Shown here: piece by piece, positions 35,679 to 46,257 of the stretch
Layout of the letters: each line of letters starts with the position of its first letter
Position numbering within the stretch: the stretch's first letter is position 1
Origin: Candidatus Poribacteria bacterium
GTDB taxonomy: Bacteria; Poribacteria; WGA-4E; PCPOR2b
Direction of reading: 5' to 3'
DNA length: 64,000 bases
Assembly: GCA_965116925.1 (NCBI GenBank)
Contig: OZ220744.1
Location: 5,952,001-6,016,000, forward strand
The notes under the pieces: generated by a model
What the model was told of the DNA's origin: nothing
What the model saw: the letters and a program-made list of their open reading frames with translations, nothing else
Databases searched by the model: none
Translations under genes and position numbers: made by a program

Positions 35679-36929
35679 TTATCCGACAGATTGTCGCCGT
35701 TGTAGGCGGAGATGTATCAGGAAACTGAGTGTGCCGATGACAGTCAGGCTCGCGCCAGTTAGGAAAAGACTGCGGTAGCCGAGTGTTTCGATGATGTAGC
35801 CGCCTCCCAACGCCATGGCTGAGAAACTCAAGCCCGATGCCATCTCACCGGCACCGGACATCGTCCCTCGGCGGGTTGGTGACACCACCTCCATGGTGTA
35901 AACGAGGAAGGTCGGATACCGGATCGAGGTCAACGCAAGCACTCCGATGAAACCGAGTCCAGCAGCACTCCAGTGAGAGATAAGGATTAACGGCAACATA
36001 CTGATTGCGGTTCCTAGCGATGCCCACGCAGCAGTGCGACCATAGCCCCATCGTCTCGTCAGCAGGGGTACAATCAAGGCTGTTGGGATAGAGAGCAGCC
36101 TACCTGTGGCGGATAACACACCGATGTGAACTGTGGAGATGTGTAGACCGGCATCCATGTAGACGTTAAAGAAGATGAAGAGCGTGCCCACACCGGTTAC
36201 GACGAGGAGCCGAACTAACGTCAGGAATGCAATCAACCGGAGGGGAGAACTCTCTTTGGCCTGTCTTTCTGTTATGGGTTGAACGTGAGGCTCACGGGTT
36301 GCTACGATTGCTATAACCGTAGGAATTAACAATAGGCTGGCAAGTAACAACGAGTATCGGTACGGCGCGGCCTGATCGAGCGAAACGCCAAGATATATGG
36401 CACAAACTCCCGGCAGGAAACCACCGACTAGACTTCCAACAAATCCAGCCAGCGACCAGAGTGCTGCTTGCACTGAAAAGACATGGCTGCGCTCATTCTG
36501 TCGGGTGACTTTCATCACAAACGGTGCAGTGTTTGCAAAGTACATGGCAAAACCGATGAATGCGAAGCACCAAGTAATGAGCAACCACACAGCTTGCCAG
36601 TTTCCTGTGCGTAATTCGGCAAAGGGTAGGAATCCGCAGCCTATCATGAGTAGAGTCAACCCTGTAATCATCATACGACGATTGCCTAAGCGTCCGCTGA
36701 GGGTTCCGGCAGGCAGGCAAAAGAGGGCAAAGAGCAGCATCCCGCTTCCGTTAACCAAGCCAACAAATTCGGGTCCATATCCTAGGCGCAGTAGGTACAG
36801 GTTGAATAGAACGGTATAGATGCCACCATCGACGGTTAGTCCGATTAACATCGTAGTGATGAGGTACAGGCGCACATCGCGGTTGAAATCACGCAGGACG
36901 TGGAGATAGGTGGGAGTTGCTCTGTTCAT
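35679..36929 (-). CDS. MFS transporter
   Basis: About 12 TM segments and motif A GTLSGRLGNRR. Confidence 0.9.
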   Translation of the reverse strand: MNRATPTYLHVLRDFNRDVRLYLITTMLIGLTVDGGIYTVLFNLYLLRLGYGPEFVGLVNGSGMLLFALFCLPAGTLSGRLGNRRMMITGLTLLMIGCGFLPFAELRTGNWQAVWLLITWCFAFIGFAMYFANTAPFVMKVTRQNERSHVFSVQAALWSLAGFVGSLVGGFLPGVCAIYLGVSLDQAAPYRYSLLLASLLLIPTVIAIVATREPHVQPITERQAKESSPLRLIAFLTLVRLLVVTGVGTLFIFFNVYMDAGLHISTVHIGVLSATGRLLSIPTALIVPLLTRRWGYGRTAAWASLGTAISMLPLILISHWSAAGLGFIGVLALTSIRYPTFLVYTMEVVSPTRRGTMSGAGEMASGLSFSAMALGGGYIIETLGYRSLFLTGASLTVIGTLSFLIHLRLQRRQSVG

Positions 36930-36944
36930 GCTGTTGGACGTGAC

Positions 36945-37982
36945 CTATGCCCTCTCGACCAACTGGCGTGTGGCATCCACCACGTAGGTTACATCATCGC
37001 GTGTGATGTGACGATGGACAACTAGACGCGCACTAGCAGGAGGGCGCGGGTTCGCGAGGATACCGCAGGTCCTCCATTTCTCAATAAGCGATTCAGAACG
37101 CCACCCTAGTTCCTCGACGTTTACCATGGCGAAGTTAGTAGGTGTGGGAGGGCGTTGGATTTTTAGCCCTTCAATTGACTCCAATCCTGTACAGAGTAGG
37201 CGGGCGTTTTCATGGTCTTCCGCCAGTCGATCCACCATCTTCTCCAATGCGACAATACCCGCTGCCGCGATAATACCCGCTTGACGCATACCGCCGCCCA
37301 TGCGTTTGCGTACAGCATCGGCTTCGTCAATAAAGACATGGCTACCACACAGTAACGATCCTACCGGCGCACTCAACCCTTTTGATACGCAGAACATCAC
37401 CGAGTCAATGTGCCGGGTATAATCTTTTACACCTATCCCATGTGCCACCACTGCATTAAAGAGTCGAGCACCGTCCATGTGGATTTTCAATCCGTGCGTT
37501 CTCGCTGCTGTGGAAACCGCTTCTACCTCTGCGGGCGTCCATGCGGATCCGCCGCTGCCGTTGTGGGTGTTCTCAATACACAGTAGGCTCGGTTGGGAGA
37601 CGTCCTCCGAATTGATGATCTCGTCCAACTGTTCGGGTTGAATTACTCCGAACTCCGCCTGCATCGGATGGGGTTTCACTCCATGGAGGACGGCAAATTC
37701 GCCCCGCGCTCCGGCGAACAGATGAGCGCGTTCCTCGAAAAAGACATCGCCCCCCGAACGGGTGTGAGCGAATAACGCACATGCGTTGCCCATGGTGCCG
37801 CTAGGCACATAAAGCCCCGCCTCCATTCCGAGTGTTTCTGCAGCCAGTTCTTGGAGTTTATTGACGGTGGTATCCTCTCCGTAACCGTCATCTCCGAGGG
37901 CTGCCTCCATCATGGCTTCCTTCATTTCTTGTGTCGGCAGGGTAACGGTGTCACTTCTCAGGTCTACTGTTCTTTCTGGCAT
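36945..37982 (-). CDS. ltaE: Low-specificity L-threonine aldolase family PLP enzyme
   Basis: DLRSDTVT, PSGTMGN, ENTHN, HMDGAR and SKGL (PLP Lys). Confidence 0.85.
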   Translation of the reverse strand: MPERTVDLRSDTVTLPTQEMKEAMMEAALGDDGYGEDTTVNKLQELAAETLGMEAGLYVPSGTMGNACALFAHTRSGGDVFFEERAHLFAGARGEFAVLHGVKPHPMQAEFGVIQPEQLDEIINSEDVSQPSLLCIENTHNGSGGSAWTPAEVEAVSTAARTHGLKIHMDGARLFNAVVAHGIGVKDYTRHIDSVMFCVSKGLSAPVGSLLCGSHVFIDEADAVRKRMGGGMRQAGIIAAAGIVALEKMVDRLAEDHENARLLCTGLESIEGLKIQRPPTPTNFAMVNVEELGWRSESLIEKWRTCGILANPRPPASARLVVHRHITRDDVTYVVDATRQLVERA

Positions 37983-38024
37983 TCTCTTTTCTTTCTGTAT
38001 CCATCAAAGGGCGAGTGTGCCTCG

Positions 38025-39161
38025 CTAATGAGGATCAACCCTAAAGTGTTTTACCACATCTTCATTCAACTCAAATCCCAGTCCCGGACGGTCAGGCACT
38101 TCGATAAAGCCGTCTGCATCAACCTCCATTGTCGGGGTTAGCAGCTCGGAGATGATTGGCGAATCTGGAAATGCGATGGGCGTCTCAAAATACGGCATAT
38201 TCGGGAGTACCGCAGCGAGATGGATTTCTGCCGCCACTCCGACGACATGGCACCACGCGTGGGGTACACAAATCAGTCCCCTTCGATAAGCGGCTTCCGC
38301 AATCCGTGCAATTTCTCGAATTCCGCCTGAACGGACTGAACTGGGCTGCACCACATCCACCCGTCCTTTCTCCATAATATCCTCAAACTCAAATCGTGTG
38401 GTGAAACCCCAATCGCCTACCGCAATGCGGGTATCTACCGCATCTGCCAACCGGGCATAGCCGGCGAGATTGTCCGCTGGGAGGGGTGCCTCAATAAAGT
38501 ACGGGCGATATTCTTCAATCGCACGGATCGAGGCGATGGCTTGTCCGACCTCGTACCAGCAGTTCTGCACATCAATCAGGATTTCTCTGTCCTCACCGAT
38601 GGTTTCACGGACGGCTCCCACAATTTCGGCATCGCGCTGTGTGCTGACATGTCCGAAACCGCCGGGCCACTCCTCTAACTTCATTGCATGAAAGTTCCGT
38701 TCCTTTGCCAATGTAAAACGTTCGACAATCTCCTCTACATCCTCACCCGGCGGGTAGACGGTCGCATAGGGCATCACCTTCTTTTTAATTTCGCCGGCTT
38801 CCCGCACGGTGCAGCAGGCGTGCCAGATCAGTTCACAGACCGGCTTGCCGAGTGCTTTGCCTGTAATATCCCAGAGTGCGGTCTCCACCGCTCCAATGGC
38901 AGCAATGGTGACGCCACGTCTCCCGAATAAGCCTGTGGCGGAGTACATTTTTTGCCACAAGCGTTCAACTTGCAGCGGGTCTTCGCCGCCCAGAAGTCCT
39001 TGTAAGCCGCCGTCGGTGCGGATGATAGCATCAATCACCAGTGATGGGGATTCCGCCTGCCCAATCCCGGTGATACCTTCATCGGTATGCACGCGTACTA
39101 AGGTTTCGTCCGCTTTACCCGGATCTGTCAACGCAATGGTTTCTATTTCTGTGATTTTCAT
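38025..39161 (-). CDS. Mandelate racemase/muconate lactonizing enzyme (enolase superfamily)
   Basis: V.TDEGITG.G, E.ALWDI.GK, PH and P..PGLG motifs. Confidence 0.9.
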   Translation of the reverse strand: MKITEIETIALTDPGKADETLVRVHTDEGITGIGQAESPSLVIDAIIRTDGGLQGLLGGEDPLQVERLWQKMYSATGLFGRRGVTIAAIGAVETALWDITGKALGKPVCELIWHACCTVREAGEIKKKVMPYATVYPPGEDVEEIVERFTLAKERNFHAMKLEEWPGGFGHVSTQRDAEIVGAVRETIGEDREILIDVQNCWYEVGQAIASIRAIEEYRPYFIEAPLPADNLAGYARLADAVDTRIAVGDWGFTTRFEFEDIMEKGRVDVVQPSSVRSGGIREIARIAEAAYRRGLICVPHAWCHVVGVAAEIHLAAVLPNMPYFETPIAFPDSPIISELLTPTMEVDADGFIEVPDRPGLGFELNEDVVKHFRVDPH

Positions 39162-39452
39162 TTTAGTTTAGCCTCTTATCTCTCGCTAGGAATGCCGTTC
39201 GATGGCGGATTATAGCACGTTTTCTGACGCTGAATCAAGTGGATGTTGCCTGACTAGAAGTTCTCTATGAAACAGTGAAGATGGAATCATTTACGGGCGA
39301 GGTCACCTCGCCCCTACGATTGATGCAGAACCTACCCTCGATCTTATCGGGACCCGCGTTGATTTCCGTAGGGATTGGGTTGCCCAACCCGTTGGCACCG
39401 TGCTGTAATTTGCATAACGGTTACGGCATACGGCGTATGCCTACTACTATCT

Positions 39453-39755
39453 TAACGCAAGTTGCTAGTTGTATGTGACGCAGTAAAAGTCAGCTCCCAA
39501 TATCCGTAGGTCGGGCATCATGGGTTTTAAGAAATTAAACGGGTAATTCTATATTTTCCCAGACCCGGTAGGTGCGGTTTCCAACCGCACCGGACATCGC
39601 TCGGAAATTACCCAATTAATAAATTAATCTTCATCTTGCCCGACTCATAGCCCCAGCGGGGCGACATGTGTAAAGAAAATAGGATAAAACCAGCCTTAAA
39701 GCCCCAGCGGGGCGACATGTATGTGGTATCGTAACGCAACTAGCAACTTAGGTTA
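39453..39755. mobile_element. TA-flanked MITE-like element (ACGCAAGTTGCTAG / CTAGCAACTTAGGT) packed with REP hairpins
   Basis: Inverted ends with flanking TA. Internal GTAG REPs and two GCCCCAGCGGGGC units. Confidence 0.6.
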
Positions 39756-41120
39756 TCTTAGAAAAAATTGAGGGAGCAGTTCTTTTGACGCGAGGAGCAG
39801 CTCGTCGAGCATCGCTTCCGCTTTATCGGGCAGGATTGCCATTTCATCGATCAGCAACGCCTGAAGTGCGAGGTTACGATCTCCCTTGACTGCAGCATCA
39901 GCGACCAGTTCGTGCCACACGAACCGTTTCTCCAGAATCCCTTTGAGCACCGGCGGCACCTCACCCATCTGTATTGCGCGCACGCCTCCAGAGTCCGTTA
40001 CGCCCTCCAACTCGACTTCAGCCGTTGCGGGAAGGTTAGCGATTGCGCCTTGGTTGGCGACGTTGACGATATAAATCTCACGACGACCATTTGCAATGGC
40101 ACCGATGAGGCTTGCGATGCCTTCGCCGGTGATCGAGTCGTCCTGCACGTCGGGCAATTGGATCTCGTCCAGAAGCCCCTGATACTCCTTAAAGAATTCG
40201 GCACGAACTTCCGGTTCGGCAGGTGCTGCGGTCGGTTTGCCGGTTTCGTAGCCGTGTCCCAGAAGGCTCTCGTACATGCCGTAAGGTAAATTCTTCGGCC
40301 CGCCCTGCACCTGTGTCAAAAACGGGTAAAACTCTATAATGTGATCGTCGGACGGATAAACGATATGATACCCGTAAATTTGTGATAACCTTGCACTGAG
40401 GACTCGCCCTTTCGGTGCTTGACGTTCGGCGACACGCCGCATCAATTCTGGATACAGGTCCTCTCCCTTGTGTAGAACGCGGGTGAACCAAAAATAATGA
40501 TTCGTTCCGACCCACATGCAATCCAGTTCTGTAGGCGACACACCCAGAATCTCTGCCGCATACACGATCCCTGCTTGTACCCCGTGGCAGATGCCGATGA
40601 CGTTCACGTCGGTATACTTGTGCATCGCGCGTAGTAGCGTTGCCATGGGGTTTGAATGGTTAAACATGATAGCCTTGGGGCAACGCTTCTCCATCTCTTG
40701 ACAGATGTTGATATAAGCGGGGATTGACCGTAGCGCCATCATCATCCCTGCCGGTCCGCAGGTGTCACCGATAACTTGAGAAATACCGTATTTCTCTGGG
40801 ATGCGGATATCGGCGTTGTGGAAATATGAGTTGTAAACATTCCGCGTGATTTCGGCACCGCTTCCGCCAATCGAAGAGATAGCGAAATCTGCACCATCAA
40901 CGGCATCAACAAGGTCAATCGTCGAACGAATTTTGAATCTCGTTCCTGCGATTTCGGCTAAACGCCTTCCCATTGCCGCCATTCTTTCAACCTTTTCGCT
41001 GTCGATGTCGTAGAGGACGAGTTCCGAATCGCCCAGATCTTGACTCAACAGCAAATCTGGTATTGCGCGGCGGAAATAGAGACTTCCACCGCCGAGACAT
41101 ACGATCTTTTTAGCTGGCAC
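39753..41120 (-). CDS. Family 4 glycoside hydrolase (NAD+-dependent, alpha-galactosidase/glucosidase-like)
   Basis: LGGGS, GDT.GP.G, NHSNP, IGICHG (metal Cys) and G.NH motifs. Confidence 0.9.
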   Translation of the reverse strand: MPAKKIVCLGGGSLYFRRAIPDLLLSQDLGDSELVLYDIDSEKVERMAAMGRRLAEIAGTRFKIRSTIDLVDAVDGADFAISSIGGSGAEITRNVYNSYFHNADIRIPEKYGISQVIGDTCGPAGMMMALRSIPAYINICQEMEKRCPKAIMFNHSNPMATLLRAMHKYTDVNVIGICHGVQAGIVYAAEILGVSPTELDCMWVGTNHYFWFTRVLHKGEDLYPELMRRVAERQAPKGRVLSARLSQIYGYHIVYPSDDHIIEFYPFLTQVQGGPKNLPYGMYESLLGHGYETGKPTAAPAEPEVRAEFFKEYQGLLDEIQLPDVQDDSITGEGIASLIGAIANGRREIYIVNVANQGAIANLPATAEVELEGVTDSGGVRAIQMGEVPPVLKGILEKRFVWHELVADAAVKGDRNLALQALLIDEMAILPDKAEAMLDELLLASKELLPQFFLR

Positions 41121-41376
41121 AACAATACCTCCGTGGTGATAATGAATTAAGATTTTGGGCTGATTCTTTTGGCATGACTTTGGTTTGAATGGTCAGAAAA
41201 TCGTCAACGGGATTTTGAACCAGCCCGGAATTTGTACGCATTTTATGATAGTTTTCAAAGGTTGTCAATACGAAGGATTCGGTTTTGATGTTGAGTTTTG
41301 ACGGCTCCGGTTGTATAATTTACACAAGGATCGACGCAAGTTTAACCGAACTCGTTTTCAAGGAGGAATCACACCG

Positions 41377-42537
41377 ATGAAAAATCGAGTGGGAGCATTT
41401 TTAGCGAATCGATTGCCTCTCAAAGATGTGGAAGATCACATCAAAAAGCCGCTGCCGAGGCATATCAACTGGCTTTTCTCTCTGGGAAGTATGGCAGCCT
41501 TTTTGCTGATTCTTCAAGCAGTTACTGGGGCGTTTTTAGCGTTTTACTATTCGCCCTCACCTGACCACGCTTATAACGCTGTGAATTATATCAGCAAGGA
41601 GGTGGCTTTCGGCGGTTTTGTGCGCGGATTGCACCATTGGGGTGCCAGTGCGATGGTGATTGTTGTGTTTTTGCACCTACTGCGCGTTGTCGCTTACGCC
41701 TCCTATAAACCGCCGAGGGAGATGACGTGGGTCACCGGGGTCTTGATGTTCCTGATCGTGTTGGGATTCGGTTTCACAGGTTATCTGCTGCCGTGGGATC
41801 AAAAGGCGTATTGGGCAACGGTGGTCGGCGTTAAAATTGCCGGCACTGCCCCTGTCATCGGGGAATTTGTTGGGAAGGTGCTCCGTGGCGGGGAGGAGGT
41901 CGGTGCTGTTACCCTGACTCGGTTTTATGCGCTGCACACAATCTGGCTACCGTGGATCGCTTTTGGGTTGGTTGGTGTGCATCTGTTTTTTGTGCGCTAT
42001 TACGGTTCAGCGGGAACCCCCAAGAACGCTCCCGAAGATATGCGGTCGGGCAAACCGTTTTATCCGGATCAGCTCTTTGAGGATGCGGTCGCGATCTTGA
42101 TCCTGTTCATCATCCTTGCCACGATGGCGATCTTTATCCCTGTGCCTCTCGAAGAGCTTGCTGACCCGACCGATGCTAGCTATGATCCGCGTCCGGAGTG
42201 GTATTTTCTGTTTTTGTTCCAGTTGCTCAAGTATTTTGAGGGACCTCTTGAGGTGGTTGGTACGTTTGTTATTCCTACGGTTGGGTTTATCCTGCTCCTT
42301 CTCCTTCCATTTTTGGATAGGAAAGAGGAGCGGACTTCCTTGCTGAAACGTCCTGTCGCGCTTGCGGTTACTTGTGTGTCTGTTGTGTTGATTGTGCTGC
42401 TTACCGTTCTTGGTGCGATTGCGCCTAGATTGGAGCCTGCTCCTGAGGAAACACCTGTGACTGAGGGGGCGGTGCCAACTCAAGAAGAGACTCAGGAGAA
42501 AAAGGAAGAGGCGGTTTTTGATTTTGGTTTGGATTAG
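41377..42537 (+). CDS. Cytochrome b of a bc-type complex (fused b6 + subunit IV)
   Basis: RGLHHWG...LH and LH...VH heme ligands, GYLLPWDQ and PEWY. Start ATG 41377 behind AAGGAGG. Confidence 0.92.
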   Translation: MKNRVGAFLANRLPLKDVEDHIKKPLPRHINWLFSLGSMAAFLLILQAVTGAFLAFYYSPSPDHAYNAVNYISKEVAFGGFVRGLHHWGASAMVIVVFLHLLRVVAYASYKPPREMTWVTGVLMFLIVLGFGFTGYLLPWDQKAYWATVVGVKIAGTAPVIGEFVGKVLRGGEEVGAVTLTRFYALHTIWLPWIAFGLVGVHLFFVRYYGSAGTPKNAPEDMRSGKPFYPDQLFEDAVAILILFIILATMAIFIPVPLEELADPTDASYDPRPEWYFLFLFQLLKYFEGPLEVVGTFVIPTVGFILLLLLPFLDRKEERTSLLKRPVALAVTCVSVVLIVLLTVLGAIAPRLEPAPEETPVTEGAVPTQEETQEKKEEAVFDFGLD

Positions 42538-42640
42538 GAATTGTCTGAATCAGGATTTTTAGGATAGAAGGATAAACAGGATAAGGTAGGGCGACGTCCA
42601 AAGATTTTGGGAATGCCCTAACTTTGTTGCCGATAGTACA

Positions 42641-43429
42641 TTAGAAGACTATAACAAGGCAATAGAACTTAACTCGCATTTTGTCGAGCCCTATTACAAT
42701 CGCGGCGTCGCTTATCACGAAAGACACCAGTATGATCTTGCCATTAAGGATTATACCATGGCAGTAGACTTGAAACCAGACCTTGCTGAAGCCTATACCA
42801 ATCGCGGTATCGCTTACAACAACACAGGCGATTACGTCCGCGCCATTGAAGATCTTAACAAGGCGATAGGACTGAGCCCAGACCTTGCTGAAGCCTATTA
42901 CAATCGCGGCAATGCTTACTACGAAAGACGGGAATTTGCTCAAAGTATCAAAGACTATAGCAAGGCGATAGAACTGAAACCACAGCTTGCCGAAGCTTAT
43001 TACAATCGTGGCGAGGCGTGGTTACATCTAGAAGAATGGGAAAAAGCCGAATCGGATCTAGCAGATGCCAAGAGCATGGGGATAAATATCATAACTGCAT
43101 TTGATTACCTCTATGAAAGCGTTGCGGACTTTGAGCAGAGTAATGGTGTTAAGCTACCGAAAAACATTGCCGCAATGCTAACACCTCAAGTAATTGCCAT
43201 GCGAAGAGGGGATTTACAACAGCGAATAATTAAGTTAATCGAGCAACTCCCGGCAGATAAATTGCAAATGGTCATTGACTATCTGATAGATCTTCAAGAC
43301 GAAGAAGAATGGGAGGCAACTCATGAATTGGCGGGCGATCCGGAAATTGCCAAGAATTTAGAACGTGCAGAAGCAGATATGAAAGCGGGAAGGCTAAAGC
43401 GTTGGAATGATGTTAGACGGGACGTTTAA
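42641..43429 (+). CDS. 5'-truncated TPR gene fused in frame to an antitoxin-like C-terminal domain (from ATG 43199)
   Basis: The TPR-coding frame extends 39 codons upstream of the first ATG (42758). The C-terminal 76 aa resemble antitoxins (EATHEL..DP...L.RA..D.KAGR...W). Confidence 0.6.
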   Translation, partial: LEDYNKAIELNSHFVEPYYNRGVAYHERHQYDLAIKDYTMAVDLKPDLAEAYTNRGIAYNNTGDYVRAIEDLNKAIGLSPDLAEAYYNRGNAYYERREFAQSIKDYSKAIELKPQLAEAYYNRGEAWLHLEEWEKAESDLADAKSMGINIITAFDYLYESVADFEQSNGVKLPKNIAAMLTPQVIAMRRGDLQQRIIKLIEQLPADKLQMVIDYLIDLQDEEEWEATHELAGDPEIAKNLERAEADMKAGRLKRWNDVRRDV

Positions 43430-43520
43430 TGTACAACTCACCGATGACGCAGAGAAGCATTACAACACGCTTGACGCCAACATGACGCGACGAGTGAGCC
43501 GAGCGATTAATCTCCTATAG
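43407..43520 (+). pseudogene. Truncated RelE/ParE-family toxin
   Basis: MMLDGTFNVQLTDDAEKHYNTLDANMTRRVSRAINLL* overlaps the antitoxin-like stop. It matches the RelE N-terminal pattern but is only 37 aa. Confidence 0.55.
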
Positions 43521-43687
43521 ATGCGGCAAATTAAATCCGTAATAATCTGCGATTCAGACGATCTTTCTATTCATCGTTTCGATCTCTCAGTTCTTTAATA
43601 CCATCTTGTATTTTGCATATCCCACCTTTAGTCCAATCCTATTGATAACCTTGGTCTATCTGTGCTCCAATAGTCCCCGCTTAATCC

Positions 43688-43717
43688 TTGACATGCCTCT
43701 TTGTAATGTTCTATACT
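43688..43717 (+). promoter_or_regulatory. sigma70-type promoter TTGACA-N18-TATACT
   Basis: Consensus boxes upstream of the 43743 ORF. Confidence 0.6.
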
Positions 43718-43742
43718 GTCTGACCGAAAAGGAGGCTGTAAT

Positions 43743-46103
43743 GTGGTGCGACAGACAACGCCAAAAGTCCCATTCACCGAGATGCCCTGGACTCAAATTA
43801 GATTCCTTCATGTTTCAGCGATCTCCCTGATAGCATGGGCGTGTCTGTTGCGACCTGCATTTGCCCAACATACAGATCCGTTAGGGAATCCCGTCTTCGA
43901 TAAAAGCGGGAAGGAACTGTATACACTCCAAGCGCGCTTTGGCGTGTTGGGTGGGGACTCACTCCTGCGCCGTGACTCGGAGTTTCGCAGTAAAACGAGC
44001 AACCGGAACTTCTTTACCTTCAATATTCCGGGCGAAAATGTGCTCCATCAGTTGACCGTTGGCAACTTTCCGACCAAGTTTTCGAGTTTTACGCTCAATA
44101 AAGAGCTCTTTGATGCAGCCCGTTGGAATATAACGGTGCCGAAAGCAGGCGGCAGAGTATCTGCTTTTGTGGGGAGGGTAACGAACAACACCTTTGCGCT
44201 ATCCGGGGATCGGGTCAGGCCTATTGAGAACCGAGATATTGTGAGCCGTTCCGATTGGTTCATGGCGGGCTTGCGGGCGGAAGCGAATCTCGGTGCCCAC
44301 AGCGTCCGATTGGGGGCGTTGCCGGAATTTACTATGCCGTTACCTAGGGTCGGGTTTAACTATGTGAATCGGTTTTTTACCAACTACGATCTCACCCGCA
44401 CGAGCAATCCGTTTCGGGGCGTTACGATTGCCAATCCGCCGCCGGAATTGTACCTGCGTTTCAGCGACGCCTCACCGGAAAATCCGGGCGGTGCAAAGGT
44501 CTTTCGTGTCCGCGTTTTTGTCGATGATATTTTGGAGTATGACATTATCGGCGGCAGAGAGTTGCCCGGTGTACTGCTGTTCCCGAACGACAGCAGGCGG
44601 GACGGGAATTCACGTTGGGTGGACGGCGAAGGGACGTTTACCTATCGATTCTTCCTTTTCAGTCCGCAGGAGATTAATAGTGTGCGGTTTGAGGTTGATG
44701 TTGCCAACGACTACCTAGTTGATCTTTCAACGGACAACCAAAATTTTCAGGTGGAGTTAAGTGCGCCGGGCAACGTTAAGGACGAATCGAATCGGAAGGT
44801 ACATCGGTTTGAATATGGCGAGTTAACCGATGAAGCGACGATGGGATTCGATCTCCAAACGACGCTTCTCGGATTTTCGATTGAAGCTGAACGTGCGTGG
44901 TATGTGCAGACCAAACAGTATCCACTCCTCAGTGGCAAGCGGGCGCACCGCACAACGGGAGCATGGTTCATTGATGTGAACCGGAACTTTGGTCCGGTGA
45001 CTTGGCGCAGCGAGGTTACGCGGATTGCTCCCTTTTACACGGCGAGAAATTTCATTGACGATAACGACGACGACGATCCCTATGCGGATTCTCGCGAGCC
45101 GGAGATTTTGATTTCGGGGAATACGAAGGATGACTTAGATGGCGATAGGGTCAAGGACTGGAACGACGATTTCCTGCTGTTCTTTGCGGATCCGCCGAGT
45201 TTTCGCTTAGGCCTCAACCGTGAATCAATCGACTTCAATAATAATGGTCAGCCTGACAACCTCGAAGACGATGATAAACCGAACTACCGTTACGATTATG
45301 ATGAGGGTTCTTCTGGACACCACACCTACCTCAAGGTTGAACTGCCGTTTGTGGAAGGGCTTTCTGTTCTACCCGGATATTACGAGAAACATCTGATTCT
45401 TCAACACAAGAGCGCGAGAGGATGGTATAATGTCTTATCTTACGCACCGAAGTCGATTCCTCATTTCGGGACGATTCTCTTTCGTTATACCTTTCGTCGA
45501 TCTCACGATATTATTCCGGACGATGTTGTGATCCGCAGTACAGGCGATATTATCGAGGATGATTTGGTGCGTCAAAGGTATCTCGGCAATATTTTTACGA
45601 TGATTGTCGATTACCAAGATATCAAGAATCTTACAATTCGTAGCAAATTCAAATACCAGCGGGATACGTTGTTCCACACGCGTCAACGGGTTATTGATAC
45701 TGCATTGATTAATCAGATCCGCTATGACTATAAAGTTCGTGAAGACCTGACCATCTCTCCAGCGTTTCGGAGTGATCGAAACATCGGCTATACGTTTCCT
45801 TTTGATAAACGGACTGCCTTTGATACCATCCGAAATGTTTATATCTTGACTTTGACTCATCAGGTTGCGGCGCAATTGCAGTTGAGTGCCGGTGCACAGT
45901 ATCTGACGTGGCGGGATCGCAAGGATTCACAACGGAGTCTCAACCGAACTGTTAGCTTTTTGGAGCTTGTGCTACAGGGCGATGCCTTTGGGCAGCGGAT
46001 GGGACTGCTGATTACCGGTGATTATATTATCCAGAATTTCCTTGAGCCGATTGGAGGCGGCGAAAGGCACACGAACATTGGAATTTCGCTGTTTTTGTTG
46101 TAG
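43743..46103 (+). CDS. Large secreted hypothetical protein, probable outer-membrane beta-rich protein with Asp-rich Ca-binding-like loops
   Basis: AAGGAGG RBS, signal peptide (AFA), DDNDDDD / DLDGD / DFNNNG motifs and amphipathic beta-strand pattern. Confidence 0.7.
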   Translation: MVRQTTPKVPFTEMPWTQIRFLHVSAISLIAWACLLRPAFAQHTDPLGNPVFDKSGKELYTLQARFGVLGGDSLLRRDSEFRSKTSNRNFFTFNIPGENVLHQLTVGNFPTKFSSFTLNKELFDAARWNITVPKAGGRVSAFVGRVTNNTFALSGDRVRPIENRDIVSRSDWFMAGLRAEANLGAHSVRLGALPEFTMPLPRVGFNYVNRFFTNYDLTRTSNPFRGVTIANPPPELYLRFSDASPENPGGAKVFRVRVFVDDILEYDIIGGRELPGVLLFPNDSRRDGNSRWVDGEGTFTYRFFLFSPQEINSVRFEVDVANDYLVDLSTDNQNFQVELSAPGNVKDESNRKVHRFEYGELTDEATMGFDLQTTLLGFSIEAERAWYVQTKQYPLLSGKRAHRTTGAWFIDVNRNFGPVTWRSEVTRIAPFYTARNFIDDNDDDDPYADSREPEILISGNTKDDLDGDRVKDWNDDFLLFFADPPSFRLGLNRESIDFNNNGQPDNLEDDDKPNYRYDYDEGSSGHHTYLKVELPFVEGLSVLPGYYEKHLILQHKSARGWYNVLSYAPKSIPHFGTILFRYTFRRSHDIIPDDVVIRSTGDIIEDDLVRQRYLGNIFTMIVDYQDIKNLTIRSKFKYQRDTLFHTRQRVIDTALINQIRYDYKVREDLTISPAFRSDRNIGYTFPFDKRTAFDTIRNVYILTLTHQVAAQLQLSAGAQYLTWRDRKDSQRSLNRTVSFLELVLQGDAFGQRMGLLITGDYIIQNFLEPIGGGERHTNIGISLFLL

Positions 46104-46257
46104 GCTGCTACATGTCGCTCCGTCCCGATAAGATCGGGCTTCAAAGTTACTGGAGCCAAAACTGAGGTCGTTGACGGGCGAGGGAACCTCGCCCCTACGG
46201 ATTTTCAATACATAGCAACTTGGGTTATAAATAAAGAAATAGAAAGGAGTAACAACC

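Noticed and set aside
41170..41184. TGGCATGACTTTGGT as a sigma54 promoter for cytochrome b
   Set aside because: The -12 element is GT, not GC.
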